DNA of 64,000 bases. Source: Marsupella aquatica. Its lineage: Eukaryota > Plantae > Marchantiophyta. A program made the position numbers and the translations under genes. This document shows, in pieces, positions 34,199 through 47,562 of this stretch. A model generated the notes under the pieces. It was not told the origin of the DNA, ran no database searches, and saw only the letters and a list, made by a program, of their open reading frames with translations. The stretch spans positions 7,449,278 to 7,513,277 of the forward strand of contig OZ316896.1 in assembly GCA_973895155.1 (NCBI GenBank), written 5' to 3'. Each line of letters opens with the position of its first letter. Position 1 is the stretch's first letter.

Positions 34199-35973
34199 TC
34201 ACAATTGGAGGACCCAAAAGGAACGTTACACTCAAAAGTGACCATAGTTTATTATGCTTTAGGATATCATTTTTAGGGTGTAATGAGATGATATAGAAAA
34301 TTTGATGTACTATACTTAATAAACATCCTATAGGTTGGTAACATTCATTAAACTATCTAGCATTTGAGACTTTGAAGCTTTCCTTATATGTCCTTCAAAG
34401 ATTGATAAAAGGACTTGTCACGCAACGGGTCACATCATTTCAGGACTCAAAAGGACTCTAAAAAAGGCATTTTAGACAATGAAATTTTACCAAAGCATGC
34501 ATACTAATAGCATAATCTTATATTTCAAAACTTAAATAGTGACACACACTAAACCTTTATGTACAGGACAAAAATAATCAGTAATTTTGGCTTATTTAGG
34601 GCCATCAATAAAAGGATCCCTTAAAATAGTTGAAAACTTGATGTGTCTACATGGTGAGGTAGGTTACACCATGTAAAATAATCTTGTGAAAAAATTAGAC
34701 TTAAATGTCTTGAGATAAAATCATGATGAACCTTTTTCCATGTTATGAAAGTCATTTTTCACTAAAAAAGCATGTTTTTGAGTCCTGAAAGTGGTTCATG
34801 CGAGGTACACCCAATTGTGAATGAGGCCTCCCGTCATTCTACGCTCCAAAATGACTTTGCAAGCCATCTCAATCATCCCAGACAAAATTTTAGATGACAA
34901 CAAAAGAAGATGACTATGCTTAGGATCGTCTACATGACCCTTATGATGAAGCTTTAATCTCATTCCATCCCAACAGAAACAACCCATCGACCAAATTGTC
35001 AAAGAGTTTCCGTTGATGTGACCGTTGTTTTGTCTTTTACTACTTGTATTGTCGGAGTCCTCATGCTAGCGAGATCGCTAGCATATAACGACACGCTTTA
35101 TGGATATATTTATAAAGAGTTTCCTAGATTTTATGCAGATATAGACAACGGATTTCAGGCCAGCGATCTCGCTAGCCAAAAAGTAATTTCAATGGTCTTT
35201 AATTTTACCGTTGGGATTCCGTTGATAATAGTCAACGGGTACCAAAATATCAACGGTACAAACTACGATCAACACCTGTCCTGTTTTGTATGGATTACAT
35301 ACTCTCGGCCATGAGAGTTGTTCTTCGCATTTTCCCAAAAGTACAACTAGTTATCTTTGCCAGGAGATTTTTGTTATTCCTTCCTCGGATTCGACATCGT
35401 CTTCTGTATTCACGACTGTACCTCTTTAGGACTTCAACTGGTCTTTGTAACAGTCTGTACGGCTGTTCGGTACTGATTGTTGTTGACATTTGTCACTTGT
35501 GCTGGGGTTGCATCCTCTGGGCAGGAACACTCTTCAGCAAAGTACACTCTTCGGCGAAGGGTTTTATTTCATGGAGTTGTCGTTGTCTCTAGAGAGTATT
35601 TCTTCCAGAGGATCGTTCCAGTCCAGGGAGTCAAATAGAAGAGAAACAAGGTCTACAGCAAACAAGAAGGTGCTAGCATCGAGATTGAAGACTCCAAGAT
35701 GACCCAAGATGGTGACAGCAGTAGATGTTGTGGCACTGGTGTTCGATCCAAGCGCTTCGGAACCTTATATTGTTGTCATAAACCGTCATCTTTACTCTTT
35801 TGGAGTGAACGAGTTTGGTTTTTCTCTGGCTCCCCCTCGAATTCCTCTCTACAGGACGAGGAACATGCAAATTGTTTGATCTTTGTAGAAGGATTCAACT
35901 ACGATAGACACACTAAAGTCCCGAGTTCAGGACCTAGGGTTACATTGAAGATGCGCCTTGGTTTTATGTACAG

Positions 35974-38900
35974 ATGACCAACGAGGATGGAGAGCTCCAA
36001 TTGTGTACTGATGCAATCCGCAAAACTTGGGATGACATTTGGGTGCTGCAGAATGAGGAGTTTGAACGCGAATGTGATTCCCATGTATCTTTCCACGTCC
36101 TCAAAGACAAGATGTTCTTTGTTTTTGATGGAAACCATCGACTGTATTCTTGGACTCAACTTGCAGAATAGCATCCGAAAGATATTAAGTACCATCCACG
36201 AGTTGTTTGCAAGATTTTTAAGGGTGATAAAAACTCATTTGTTCAGATCGAGTCGGCAATGCACGCATTAATAGGTGCAATTTCTAAGTATAACATTTTC
36301 CTGAAATTTGTGTTTCAGTTAATCACTTTCTGCTAGCAATCTTGCTAACATGAAAATTCTCTGGCAGGTTGACACAATGTCACGTTGAGAACTCCTGGGT
36401 TTTGGAGGCCGAACGGGTCCAAAAGATTCTGAACAACAACTTGTCAGTTTACAAGGATATCATCGATTGTCACGCGATTGACATGGGTCTTAACACCAAA
36501 AACGTCACTATGGGTGCCAAAACCATCTCCTTGTACCTGAGGATCACGAAGGGATGTTGTGAAGGCCGGTAAACACCAATTTATGCCCTTAACACCAGAC
36601 TATCATAGCAAGACTTTATCACACATCACCCAAGCTCAATCCCAAGGAACCAAGGTTGGGGATCAGATTTGCGTTCATGATAGTTCTGGTGAGAAGGGGT
36701 CTTCATATCGGGCCCGTACACACAAGGCCTAGCGCTACGGTGCGCATAGGTCTATACGTATGCTTACTGTCATAGGTATGTTTCTATTCCGCCACCGGAA
36801 TGTACCCATAAACCAGTGACTCCTTACTGATTCCCGACTTAGGGACTTCTAAGCCATTGCCCCACCACTATGCCATTCCACTCTCAGCAATCAGAGCTAT
36901 GACAGTCCTCACCCAGCCCACTTCAAAGGAACCTGTACACCTCTCAGTGGCGCTGCTAGTCCCATCATACACTCAGATTGCCTCACACACACACACATCC
37001 ATGAGAGAAATGAGGCCTGAGAGGAAAACTCAATTAGATTCAAAGATGTGCACAATAGTTCACTGAGAACACTTGATCCGAACACTAGGCCCTAAGGTTG
37101 TCTCCTCCAGATTGCGACGTGCTTGCCCCGCAAGCCCTGTGCTTGCCATGCAAGCTCAATCCTGAACCTGAGCCCAACTCACTCCAGATTGCGACGGCAG
37201 ATTGGACTCGAACCAATCCCGTACTTGCCTTGCAAACTCAATCCTGAACTCAACCTCCTTCACTGCACTTCATTCTTGGGGGCACATACAGATCTCACAC
37301 CTCCAATTCAAAACGTCAAGTTACGCATGCATAGTTGACTCAACTTCAAAGCTGGTACCAGGCCTAACAACGATCTATCCCAGACTGCAATGAGGCCCGG
37401 CCTCACGCTTGCCCTGCAAGCTCAGTTCTGGCCATAAATCCCTTAGTGCTCTCCACCAGACAAAGGCCGGGACTCCCCATGGATCACGTAGCCTTGCTAG
37501 ACTAAATTGTAAATGCTCCTCCTGCTGCCCCTCAATCAGTATCTCAGCCTCCCTAATGTGCTCACCGAAAATCACATTGAAATCCTCCCCACAGTTTACA
37601 ATCACCAACACATCACCTATCACCAAGGCTCTGTATCGGGGGAAAAGAACCCAGTTGTGGTGCCTACTAGAAAGAGCCACAATCCAGCTTGCAAACCTGG
37701 CCAACTGTTGCTGTGAAGCGTGGCTGATTATTCCCTGAGTAATAGCACAACCAAGCTCTCCCCAACACACAGCTTCCAAGCTCAGCCTTCCTTGCACAGA
37801 GCTCCTCCCTGCTGCTCAATCTACGTGAGATCACACAACTGAAGTCCCCCCTTGCCTCTACCGGGGGGCTGCTCTGTATACTCTCATATTGAGCCCAAAT
37901 GGGTGGATACTACGCTGCTGGAGCCCCATCCCAGCCCTAACAGAGCCGCCACTATCTCTAACTACTGAACCCTAACTCGCAACTTTATTTCTATCTCGAA
38001 TTGGCTATGTACTTCAGATTTGGCCCTCCTCCATGGTTTTTGCGAGCTTGCGCCTCCTCTCCCGATTTCTCTATTCAACCATTTGCTGCGTGGATAGCAA
38101 CATTGGAAGCGGCTTGAGCTCCTCTTTCCAACGAGGTCAATTATAGCCAATTTGGTCAAATACCCAGAAAGTTATGGCCCCGTAACCGAGAGGGGGTACT
38201 CACTGCTATGCTAACCCGAGTTCGGCTAACCTACCTATCCTATCTAACCCGAGTAGAGCTAACCCGTGGTCTCGGGTTAGGCCGCTACCCGCTACCCGCT
38301 ACCCGCTATCCGCTATCCGAGCCTAAGCTGAGCCCGAACCCGAGCTTACCTATGCTAACCTGAGGCCGCGCTGACCTGAGCTAAGCTGAAGCCGTGCTGA
38401 CCTGAGCTAAGCTGAAACCGTGCTCACATAAGCTAAGCCGTGGTCGAGCTTGGGTTAACCCGAAACTGAAGCCGAATCCGCTAATTTCGGCCACAAGTTA
38501 ACCCATCACACTAATCAGGTCGTATCTTTCTTAATACACCTCCATTTCTCAAGTGTTTTATATCGATTTTACTCGCCTTGACCAGATCTTTCCAATGCTC
38601 TTTACAGATCCGGATTTGGTGACATATTGAAAGAGATATGGTTGTCGACCACCCGCAACATAGATTTTATTTCCCTACTCTTAACGCCATGATTGCCCTT
38701 ATTCTTGCCATCTTGCTAATTGTTATGCAATATCAATAGCTACTCCTTGCATACAACAACCTACTTAATCAGATTACAAAATAAGGACCATGTCATTGGC
38801 GTCACATCGATGCTGAGAATTACAAACTTTTCCAGCAGAAGATGGCAAACGTGCGGAAGGCAGCTTGGTATTCCAAAAACATGACGCTGGATGCCTGCAC

Positions 38901-41514
38901 TTATATTCTATCCGCTGCTAACATTGCATCTCAGACGGAAGACCTCAAGAAAAAGTTTGCTTTGAAGGAAGCTCAAGGGGAGCCCCTGTCGAAGGCCTCA
39001 CAGGACTTAGCAATGCGAGAGATGATGAAGGAGCAATTGGCTGATTGGAATGTGAAAGTTCCTAGGATTAGTCCATTACTGAATCCAGAATTTGGAGACT
39101 TTTTCAAGAAATGTGTAGAAATGCATAACTACTGCGAGAATGAGAGAAAGGAGGCCCAGAGAACTGATGACAAAGGACAAGGAAATGTTTCTTGTGGTCT
39201 TGATCGAGCTCGGTTGTTCACAGGGGTGATGTCCTTATCCCCAGAACTCTGATGTACACTCCTGGAAGCGCAGTGTTGTCTAGAGCTTCGAAAGAAGTTC
39301 TTTCATCCTAGTCAATTTTTAGATAGTGAAACAAAGCTTTGGCTTCACCGTTGGGCAATGTGGGAGCAAGTTGAGTCAATTGCGCCTTCCCTCATGTCTG
39401 AAATTGTATCTGAGGTTATGCCTATTGTCCCATAGTCCCGGATCCTTAGTTCTTCAGAAAAGACCAAAGCTTCGCTCATCCTTCACATTGAGGAGGATTT
39501 TGAGGACTTCCAGACTCGTGTGAAGACTCATTTCTTCAAGCAGATTTGGCCTCCCAAGACAAGAGAGAAGATCGAGATTGCATTGTTCCGAAGGAGAGCA
39601 AAGAGATACACGTATCAATTTTTTGTAGACAGAGAAGTAGCAAACAAATTCTATTGGTGGTCCTACCTAGCTTGCTTCTCCCCATGGATTGCAGGAGTTA
39701 AAGAGGATCCTACAGGTGACAAATTTGGGGATTATTCTATGTTTCCTTGCGAGGGATGTGAGGCTCCAAGGAGAATGAGCGAGTGGGAGATTCTTCACTA
39801 TCCATGGTATTTGGACTCGGACAAGTGGTCTGTCACCTTCGACACTGCAGAGAAAGCCGCTCTCCATATGATCAATCGTGGATTCCTTCCGGAGTCTTAC
39901 ATCTTGGAGTCCAAATTGGCACCCACTGACGCTGAAGTTGGTGGTTGTGAGGCTATGGAAAAGGCTTGTCTTGGTGTAGCTACAATAGTGGATAGGAGTT
40001 GGTCTCAAAAGCCAAGGAAAGGTGCAGTAAAAGACACATCCAAAGATGGGTCCCAAATATCGGGAAAGCCAAGTAAGTGTGTCAATGTTTCGCTTCATTT
40101 TCTTTTCACGATCTTATGTGTTTTTGAAGAGACAGATTCTAATAGCTATTTTTTGACAGAGAGGAGAAAGGGTACTACTTCTGAGAGTTTGAAGAGCGGG
40201 GCAGATGATGGAGAGGAACCTCAGTCCCCAGATGTCGAAGTAACAACAAAGAGCGCAGTGGATTTGGGAAGTATAAAGCATCTGAAACGAAAGAGGAATG
40301 TCCAGATTCTGTTGGATTTGGACGATGATGAAGTTTCAGTTGCTCAAGGCGTCGCTCGGATGTGTGGGTTGAAGATGGATGGCCAAAGACATTTCCTTGC
40401 TCGCAGTAATTTGACCGACATTGCGAATTCTATCAGCGTAAAGAAAGTAAGGCCATCTTGGATGGGAGATGGAGATCGATGGATTTCTGGGATGTCCAAG
40501 AGCGTCAAATGCCCAAACCCTGTCATCATTAACGGCAAGCCATATGCTGGGATTGGAGCACATTTGGGATTCATTTCTCTTCCAACAGGGCATAGAACAC
40601 GTGTTATAGACAAAGAGGTCCCGTCCTGGAATGTGTGGAGCGAGAAGCTGCCTTATTAATTTTTTGGAGTCATGAGACCCATGCTTTCGGACGAAGGATA
40701 TGTGGCTATGCTTCATAGCTCGGATTTCAATCACATGCGGCAAATATTTACTGCGGTCGAGCAAAATAACAAATTCAAACACATACAGCAATATACAATT
40801 TTATTATCCACTCCTTTAAGGAGAGCCGATATGGATATTGAGGTACATAACTAAGATATTTTGATGCGGTTTATGCTAGCGATGTCGCTAACAAACATCT
40901 TATCATTTTCAACTAGAAAAAGGTTCATTTCCATCTTTGAATTAATGCTAGCCATCTCACTAACAAAGTTTCCGGGCTTTTCTAATAGAATGTCATTCTT
41001 CCTTCAGGTGTGCACTCTAATTTTGGACGTCTTCTGTCGAGTGGAATTTAATGCAAAAATTCCCAAAGACCCTGCCTATGTTCCTTTGACGTCTTCGGAA
41101 GATGCTAGGCATAAATCAATGCTGAGCATCTATTACCCAAAGATTGACCACTGTCCAACAGCGGCCGTTGCTGGATCAAAAAGGCTATCAATTGGCTTCA
41201 TGCAAGCCGTGATGGAGTTCCTCACGAAGCCGAGAGATATTGTCCTTGACTGGGCTGTGTGCGATGGAAGCTCATTTTCCGCAGGGGAATACTCCGGTCG
41301 GTTCGTTGTTGGTGTTGAGGACAGGGACATTCTCCATTCCTGTGCTCATAAAGGTTTAACAAGCATTTTGGAGAGGCACTCTAGCAAGTCCAAGATGATT
41401 AAAGATCAGGAAAAGAAGGGTAATGAGGATGCTGGGTCTGATGATGAGTTCACGATACCAGGAGATGAACAGGCTGGACCTTCAAGCGAGAAAGACAAAT
41501 TCGACCTGGAGTAA
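35974..41514 (+). pseudogene. Second ParB-like + N4/N6 methyltransferase-like gene, interrupted by LTR B2
   Basis: FVFDGNHRLYSW near 36120. The frame rejoins across LTR B2 (KDIID|AENYKL). Introns at ~36275-36367, 40073-40159 and ~40843-41008. C-terminus FLTKPRDIVLDWAVCDGSSFSAGEYSGRFVVGVE. Several in-frame stops; 5' end uncertain. Confidence 0.65.
36468..38806. mobile_element. Solo LTR B copy 2 (2339 bp)
   Basis: TGTCACGC...GCGTCACA termini; 5-bp TSD TCGAT at 36463-36467 and 38807-38811. Confidence 0.92.
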
Positions 41515-42399
41515 AGTACTTGGCCTCTTTTGGTGTCGGACTCCCAATTTGGTTTCTTTTGTTGTATTCATTTTGTTGCTCTTCCTCAACGGATGTCGGT
41601 GGTTGCTTCAGTGATAGGAGGGTGGATTGGTTTTCTGAGGAGAGATTTCGTCTTTGAAAGGAAGTGGAGGAATCCATCGTGGTTACTCCAGAGAAGCCTT
41701 TCACTCTTCCGTGCTATGCTGAGAAGTCGGCGAAGGAGGTTGATGACGCTCCTGTGGTCTTGACCTAGGAGGCGAAAGGGCTTCGCTCAATTAGAGGAGC
41801 TCGTAGATATCTGGATTGTTCAAGGTTTATTGACAATGAAGCGGGGACAGTTAGCCAGTATTTAGATGAGTCTGCCGAGTCTACTAAGAGGGAGACCAAT
41901 AGCGATCCCAGTAGAAGTTCAATATCTGATGATTCAAAAGATGAGGTTTATGACTAATGCAATAGCTTCAGTGTTAAACTGGCTATACTGCTTACCATCA
42001 ACTCTTATAGTTTTTTTCTGTGTGCCGGTTTTTGGATATCCATACTTTCAATGTATAAAGAATGACCATGTTCTCATGAAAGTGCCTGCTATTTGGTTAT
42101 TGTTTTCCAATATCGTTGTGCGCAAAGTCAAGTATGGAATGCATATGACAATCATGCATGAATTTCTGTAGTTGTAACACTTTCATTACTTTGAGAGAGG
42201 GAAAACAGTGAAATTTGGTCATTTTTTCCATTAATGTGGTCGTGAGTTAGACCATAAAATGTGCCTCGCTAACAATGCTCCCTCGCTAGCAAAAATTCCT
42301 GTTTGCTCGCACCGTAAAATTCCTCTAGCAAATAGACACCCTCAAATGTGCAGCCATAAAAATCCCTAGATATCTAGGTACTACTTACTTTTAGACTGA

Positions 42400-43490
42400 A
42401 GTCCTTCACTAAGGGTTGGAATCCTCATTGGAAGACTACCAGCAAAGCTTAAGGACTAAAGTCCATCGGGGAGGAGTACTACAATCATTTGGTCAAAGCG
42501 CTTCACTCGTTGACAAAGGACTAGTCTATAGACGTAACACAACCCAGGACTATAGTCCTTGACAGAGGATTAAAGTCCTTATCAAAGGACTACATAGTCC
42601 TCGGATGAGGACTAAAGACAGTCCTCGACAAAGGAGTAAAGTACTTCAATAAGGACTACAATCCTTGAATAACGACTATAGTCCTTTACAAAGGAGTCAA
42701 GTCCTTAAGTAAGTACTATAGTCCTTTACAAAGGAGTAAACACTTGAGTAAGGACTATAGTCCTTTACAAAGGACTACAAGTTCTTGAAAGAATAAGGAC
42801 TATAGTCCTTTACGAAAGCCTGTACCAAGGAGTAAAGTCCAAGGACTATTAGTAGTCCTGTTAAAAGGAGTAAAGTCCTTGAGAAAGGACTATAGTCCTT
42901 TAAAAAGGAGTAAAGTCCTTGGGGAAGGACTATAGTCCTTTACAAAGTAGTAAAGTCCTTTAGTAAGGACTATTAATAGTCCTTCACAAAGGAGTAAAGT
43001 CCTTGAGAAAGGACTACAGTCCTTTACAAAGTAGTAAAGTCCTTTAGGAAGGACTATTAATAGTCCTTCACAAAGGAATAAAGTCCTTGAGAAAGGACTA
43101 TAGTTCTTGACAAAGTAGTAAAGTCCTTGAGTAAGGACTATAGTCCTTTACAAAGTAGTAAAGTCCTTGAGTAAGGACTATTAATAGTCCTTCACAAAGG
43201 AGTGAAGTCCTTTCAGAAAGTCCTTTACAAAGTAGTAACTTAGTCCTTTGATAAGGACTATATAGTCCTGGGCAAAGGAGTACAGTCCTTTGTCTAAGGG
43301 CTACAGTCCTTTTCCCAGGACCATATAGTCCTGGGCAAAGGAGTAGAGTCCTTTGCTAAGGACTATATCGTCCTTGATGCTTAGTGAAGCCCTTGGCTAA
43401 GGAGTATAGTTTTTATCCAAGGAGTAAAGTCCTTTGACGCAGGACTTCACTGCTATCCATACTCCTGAGTCAAGGACTATATAGTCCTTA
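42400..43490. repeat. AAGGACT/AGTCCTT palindromic repeat array
   Basis: Dozens of AAGGACTATAGTCCTT and GGAGTAAAGTCCTT units. The motif resumes after the CACTA element at about 53800-53910. Confidence 0.88.
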
Positions 43491-44224
43491 GTGATTAACC
43501 ACTAGTACATTTTAGGCATTTTTCCGATACTAAAAACACGCGTTTCTCAACGCGCCCGATACTAAACACAACGGAAAACTTCCGATACTACCCAAATCGG
43601 ACATTATTATCCGATATGTTTTGTATCGAAAACTTTATCCAATACCCATCATATCGGACAATGTCCAAAACATCCTGTATCGCAAATTGAGAGCCGACAT
43701 GTTTTTCAGACGTCCGATAATAATAGTATCGAAAGCTAATTCCGATAGGTTTGGTTTCGGACATTTACCGATACAAAATGTATCGGACATATGTTTGCGA
43801 TACTATTTACAACGGAAATCATTTGCAAAGGCTGAGGGATCGGTTACTATCCGTTGAAATTTCTATCGGACCCCTCCTCGGCTGCGGGCTTAAGCATCCG
43901 ATCTGTGGAGTATCGGATAGTGGCTTCCAATTTTTATAGTATCGGAAAATCCGATACTTTGAGGATGGGAAGGGGTTTTTTGCTTTGGCAGTACTGATGT
44001 GTGTCCGATATGTTTCCGATGGTATTTGAATGGGACATATGGGACTTTAGTGTTTTACAATGTATAGGTTGCATGGAATTAATGGATTCAGATATGGGGC
44101 ATACTTTAAGCAATATATATGTATACTGCATGAAATTGTGGACAATTAGAAAAATCATAGAATGCCGATAAAAAGATAGTGCTGGTAAAAATATACATGA
44201 AGATGGTGGGGTCTACAATTTATA

Positions 44225-47200
44225 CTAACTCGTGGGGGGTATGTCTCTATCTTCCACTACAACTACGTTGGGTCTCTCTTGGACTATGGACCGTGATCTG
44301 GGAATATACGGCATGACAATGGACCACTCGGGGTCATTGGGATAGGGTAGGTAAAAGCATTGCTCAAGGTGATGTGGGAAGGCAAAGGGATCTGAGGACC
44401 TCCAGTTGGAACTGATGACACTATTTGCGGATGTCTTCAAACGAGTAAAACCGCATGCATCATCTTCACAAGTACGATTGTGGCCTACAAGATTCATCTT
44501 GAACCATTTGCACTTGAATACCACTTCCTCCAAAGTAGTATGTGCATGGTACTTCACTGTTAGGATCTCCTCAATCTTCCCATAATGGGCCACGGTGGAG
44601 CGAATGGGATTCATGTCTGACATGCTACTCTGGGAATCTTGGGTGAACCAACCCATCACCCCACAATCCTGTGTAGCTGCCCTCTTCTCATCAAGTCGTT
44701 CCACACAAAAATGTCTCCCCTTTGACCACATGGCAGTCCGAGTCGTGACTATAAGTAGTGGACCATGAATCAAGGTACGAAGTTTATCTGTCACGTTTGG
44801 GTAGTGTAATACACTCTCCCCGGTACCCACCAGGGCATCCACTTCTAACAACTTCTCCTTCATGTATGGGTGAAACTTGGGAAATAACCGTGGGCGTCGA
44901 CTGTTTTGCTTCTCCTCCTCATAAAATGTTGTCCACTCCCCGACAACCTCGGGTGAGTTATACAACATAAATGTTGTGAGCTGTAAACGCTCTGCTGAGC
45001 CTATGAGACGCTCTCCAGATGCCCCAGTGAGTCTATCATCCTCGTAGTCAGCCTCTCGTGCCGCCTCATCTATCCATCCCCTAGGAGCACTAGGATCTAG
45101 TGTGGCAACTATGTTTGTACAGTAAAACATACTCTCTGCTCCAAGATGACGCTCCGCAATGCTACCTTCCACCCTAGCGCGATTAAAGACATATGACTTC
45201 ATCACCCCCCTATAACGCTCTACCCAATACATCCATCGACAATGTACTGGGCCTGCAATTGCAACCTCGCGCACTAAATGTATGAGGAAATGAACCTGAC
45301 CATCAAAGAATGAGGGAGGGAGTGCCTTCTCCAACTTGCAGACAACCTCTACTCCAAATATCTCCATAGCAGCAATGTCATCCTCCTGTACCTCCTTTTG
45401 ACATACCCATCTTAAGAGCTTACCCAATGACCAAAGGGCATCACGAAGTTCCTCACTACCCATTCCAATAATAGCAACTGGAAGAACATGTTCAAGCAAC
45501 CGATGATAATCATGTGTCTTCAAGAAAGATGGCCATTTTGGAGAATCCTCCCCCCCAAATGCCTTCCTAAGATTGGTACCATAACCTGTGGGAAACTCAA
45601 TGCGCTCTGCCCTTGTCAAAACCCAAGGAGGATGGATGCTAGGGGGAGCACCAGGGGGGTCCAAAGATGGCCAAAAACCCAAAAGACCATGCATCCCCAT
45701 CTCCTCACAACTTTCTCTCCAATTGTTATTTTTCTCCCCATATAGATGGCGAATCAATGATTTTCCCACATTCCCCTCAATGTGCATAGGGTCTAACAAG
45801 TGATTAATGGGCATATCTGACCAATATGACAATTGTGACAATGCAGACAAACGGGTCATGCCACATCTGAATAATGGTAATGGATCACTCGGATCCTGAA
45901 CTCTCCCCCATACCTCTCTCCAATATGTTGGATCCTTCCGCTGAGGTTGAGGACGAATATCAGGTTGGCCCTCATCAGTATCATAAAGGAATGGATCACT
46001 CCTCCAAGGATGGTCTGGTGGAAGATATTTAGTATGACCAATGTAAACAATTTTTTGCAGAGTACTTGACTTGGGCCTGGCCACCCCCTCCAAATCGGGT
46101 CCACATGTAGAGCAAGCTCGATAGCCTGATGTTTGCAATCCAGAAACATATCCAAACCCTGCCCAGTGCATAGAAAACACATTAATAAAATAAGGTTCAT
46201 CAAGGCAAAAATTTGCATAATTGCAATTAAATACAAGGTTTAGGTACTAGAGGAAATAAGGGTTTACCATACCTGGTAAATCATGCATGGTCCACATAAG
46301 GATGGCCTTTAGAGTAAATACGCGGGATAAACCTCCTGTGTTGTGACGTCCATCATAACAATCCACTCCTCTCCACAGTTGTATCAACTCATCAATCAAT
46401 GGCTGCAAGTACACATCAATCTTTTTAACTTGCTTAGGACCCGGAATAATCATGGAGAGTAGTAGGTGACCTTTCTTCATGGCCATCCAAGGAGGGATGT
46501 TGTAGTTTGTCAACACTACTGGCCACACCGAATATGGTTTGGCTTTTCCTGTCAATGCAAAAGGGCTGATACCGTCTGCTGCCAAGCCTAGTCGAACATG
46601 TCGTGGGTCAATTTTGAACTCTCCCCATCTATCCTCTACAAATCGATTGGCAGGAGAGTCAACCATCATCCGCATGGCACTAGAGGGTACAGCCATATCA
46701 GAACGATTTTGTGAGTGCCATACCATCATCTCAGCCAACTCTGCACATCGGAATTGATGTCGCAATCGAGGGATAAGAGGAAAGTACCTCATAACCTTTT
46801 GCGGTACCTTCCCCGTCAACATGTCATCACGGTACCATGGCTTCTGACATTTAGGACATGTAGTGGCATTTTCATGCTCACCCCTAAAAAGAATGCAATC
46901 ATCCACACATGCATGTATCACCTCATACTTCAGGCCAATGGACCTCAACACCTGTTTAGCCTCTTTCCAAGAGGCTGGCAATGCATTGCCTACTGGCAAA
47001 ATACGATCATGCAAGGTACGGAAAACATCATCCAAAAGTAGATTGCTTGCCCCATGTCTTTGCTGCAAGTTGAGCAACAACATTATTGATGAGAGCCGAG
47101 ATAACCTACTCCCCTTGAATATGCGAGTACGGGCATGACGTTGCGCCTCCTCCCATTGCTTGTCTTGGGACCCCCTAGACGGATGTGGATGACTAGTCCT

Positions 47201-47440
47201 TTCATGGGTTGAACCAATGTCCTCCAAACCAATGTCATCGTGATCATCATAGAATTGGTCCATGAGCTCATCCATGGCCCTCTCCTCATCAAGATGGTCT
47301 TGGATAGGATCATCACCATCATGTCGTACCCCATCCTCTTGCCTTTGCGGTTCATGCCCACGGTTGGCCACCATGGCCTCAACAAGGTGTTGTCGCATAG
47401 CTTGTGATATTACCCCAATATCAGGCGTTACATATTGATT
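44225..47440 (-). CDS. tnpD: CACTA TnpD-type transposase (Transposase_21, DUF4218, DUF4216 regions); exons 47440-46273 and 46158-44225
   Basis: Motifs IHACVDDCILF, RYFPLIPRL, RLGLAADG, YSVWPVVLTNYNIPPW, WTMHDLPG|FGYVSG (phase-1 intron 46159-46272), LDPMHIEGN, LKTHDYH and GPVHCRWMYWVER. Confidence 0.92.
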
Positions 47441-47562
47441 CTATCATACAACATCAATTAATTAATCTCATCAACACATGCACTGTTGAACAACATCATT
47501 CTCATGTAAACATGTAAAATAAACTGACATATATATATAAAATATGTAAGTCCAAGAAACTA

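Noticed and set aside
34438-34790. Possible MITE bounded by a 15-bp inverted repeat TTTCAGGACTCAAAA
   Set aside because: No TSD and no second copy in the window.
5520-38806. B1 and B2 as an LTR pair
   Set aside because: They have separate TSDs (ATGCG; TCGAT), and each interrupts a different reading frame that rejoins across it.
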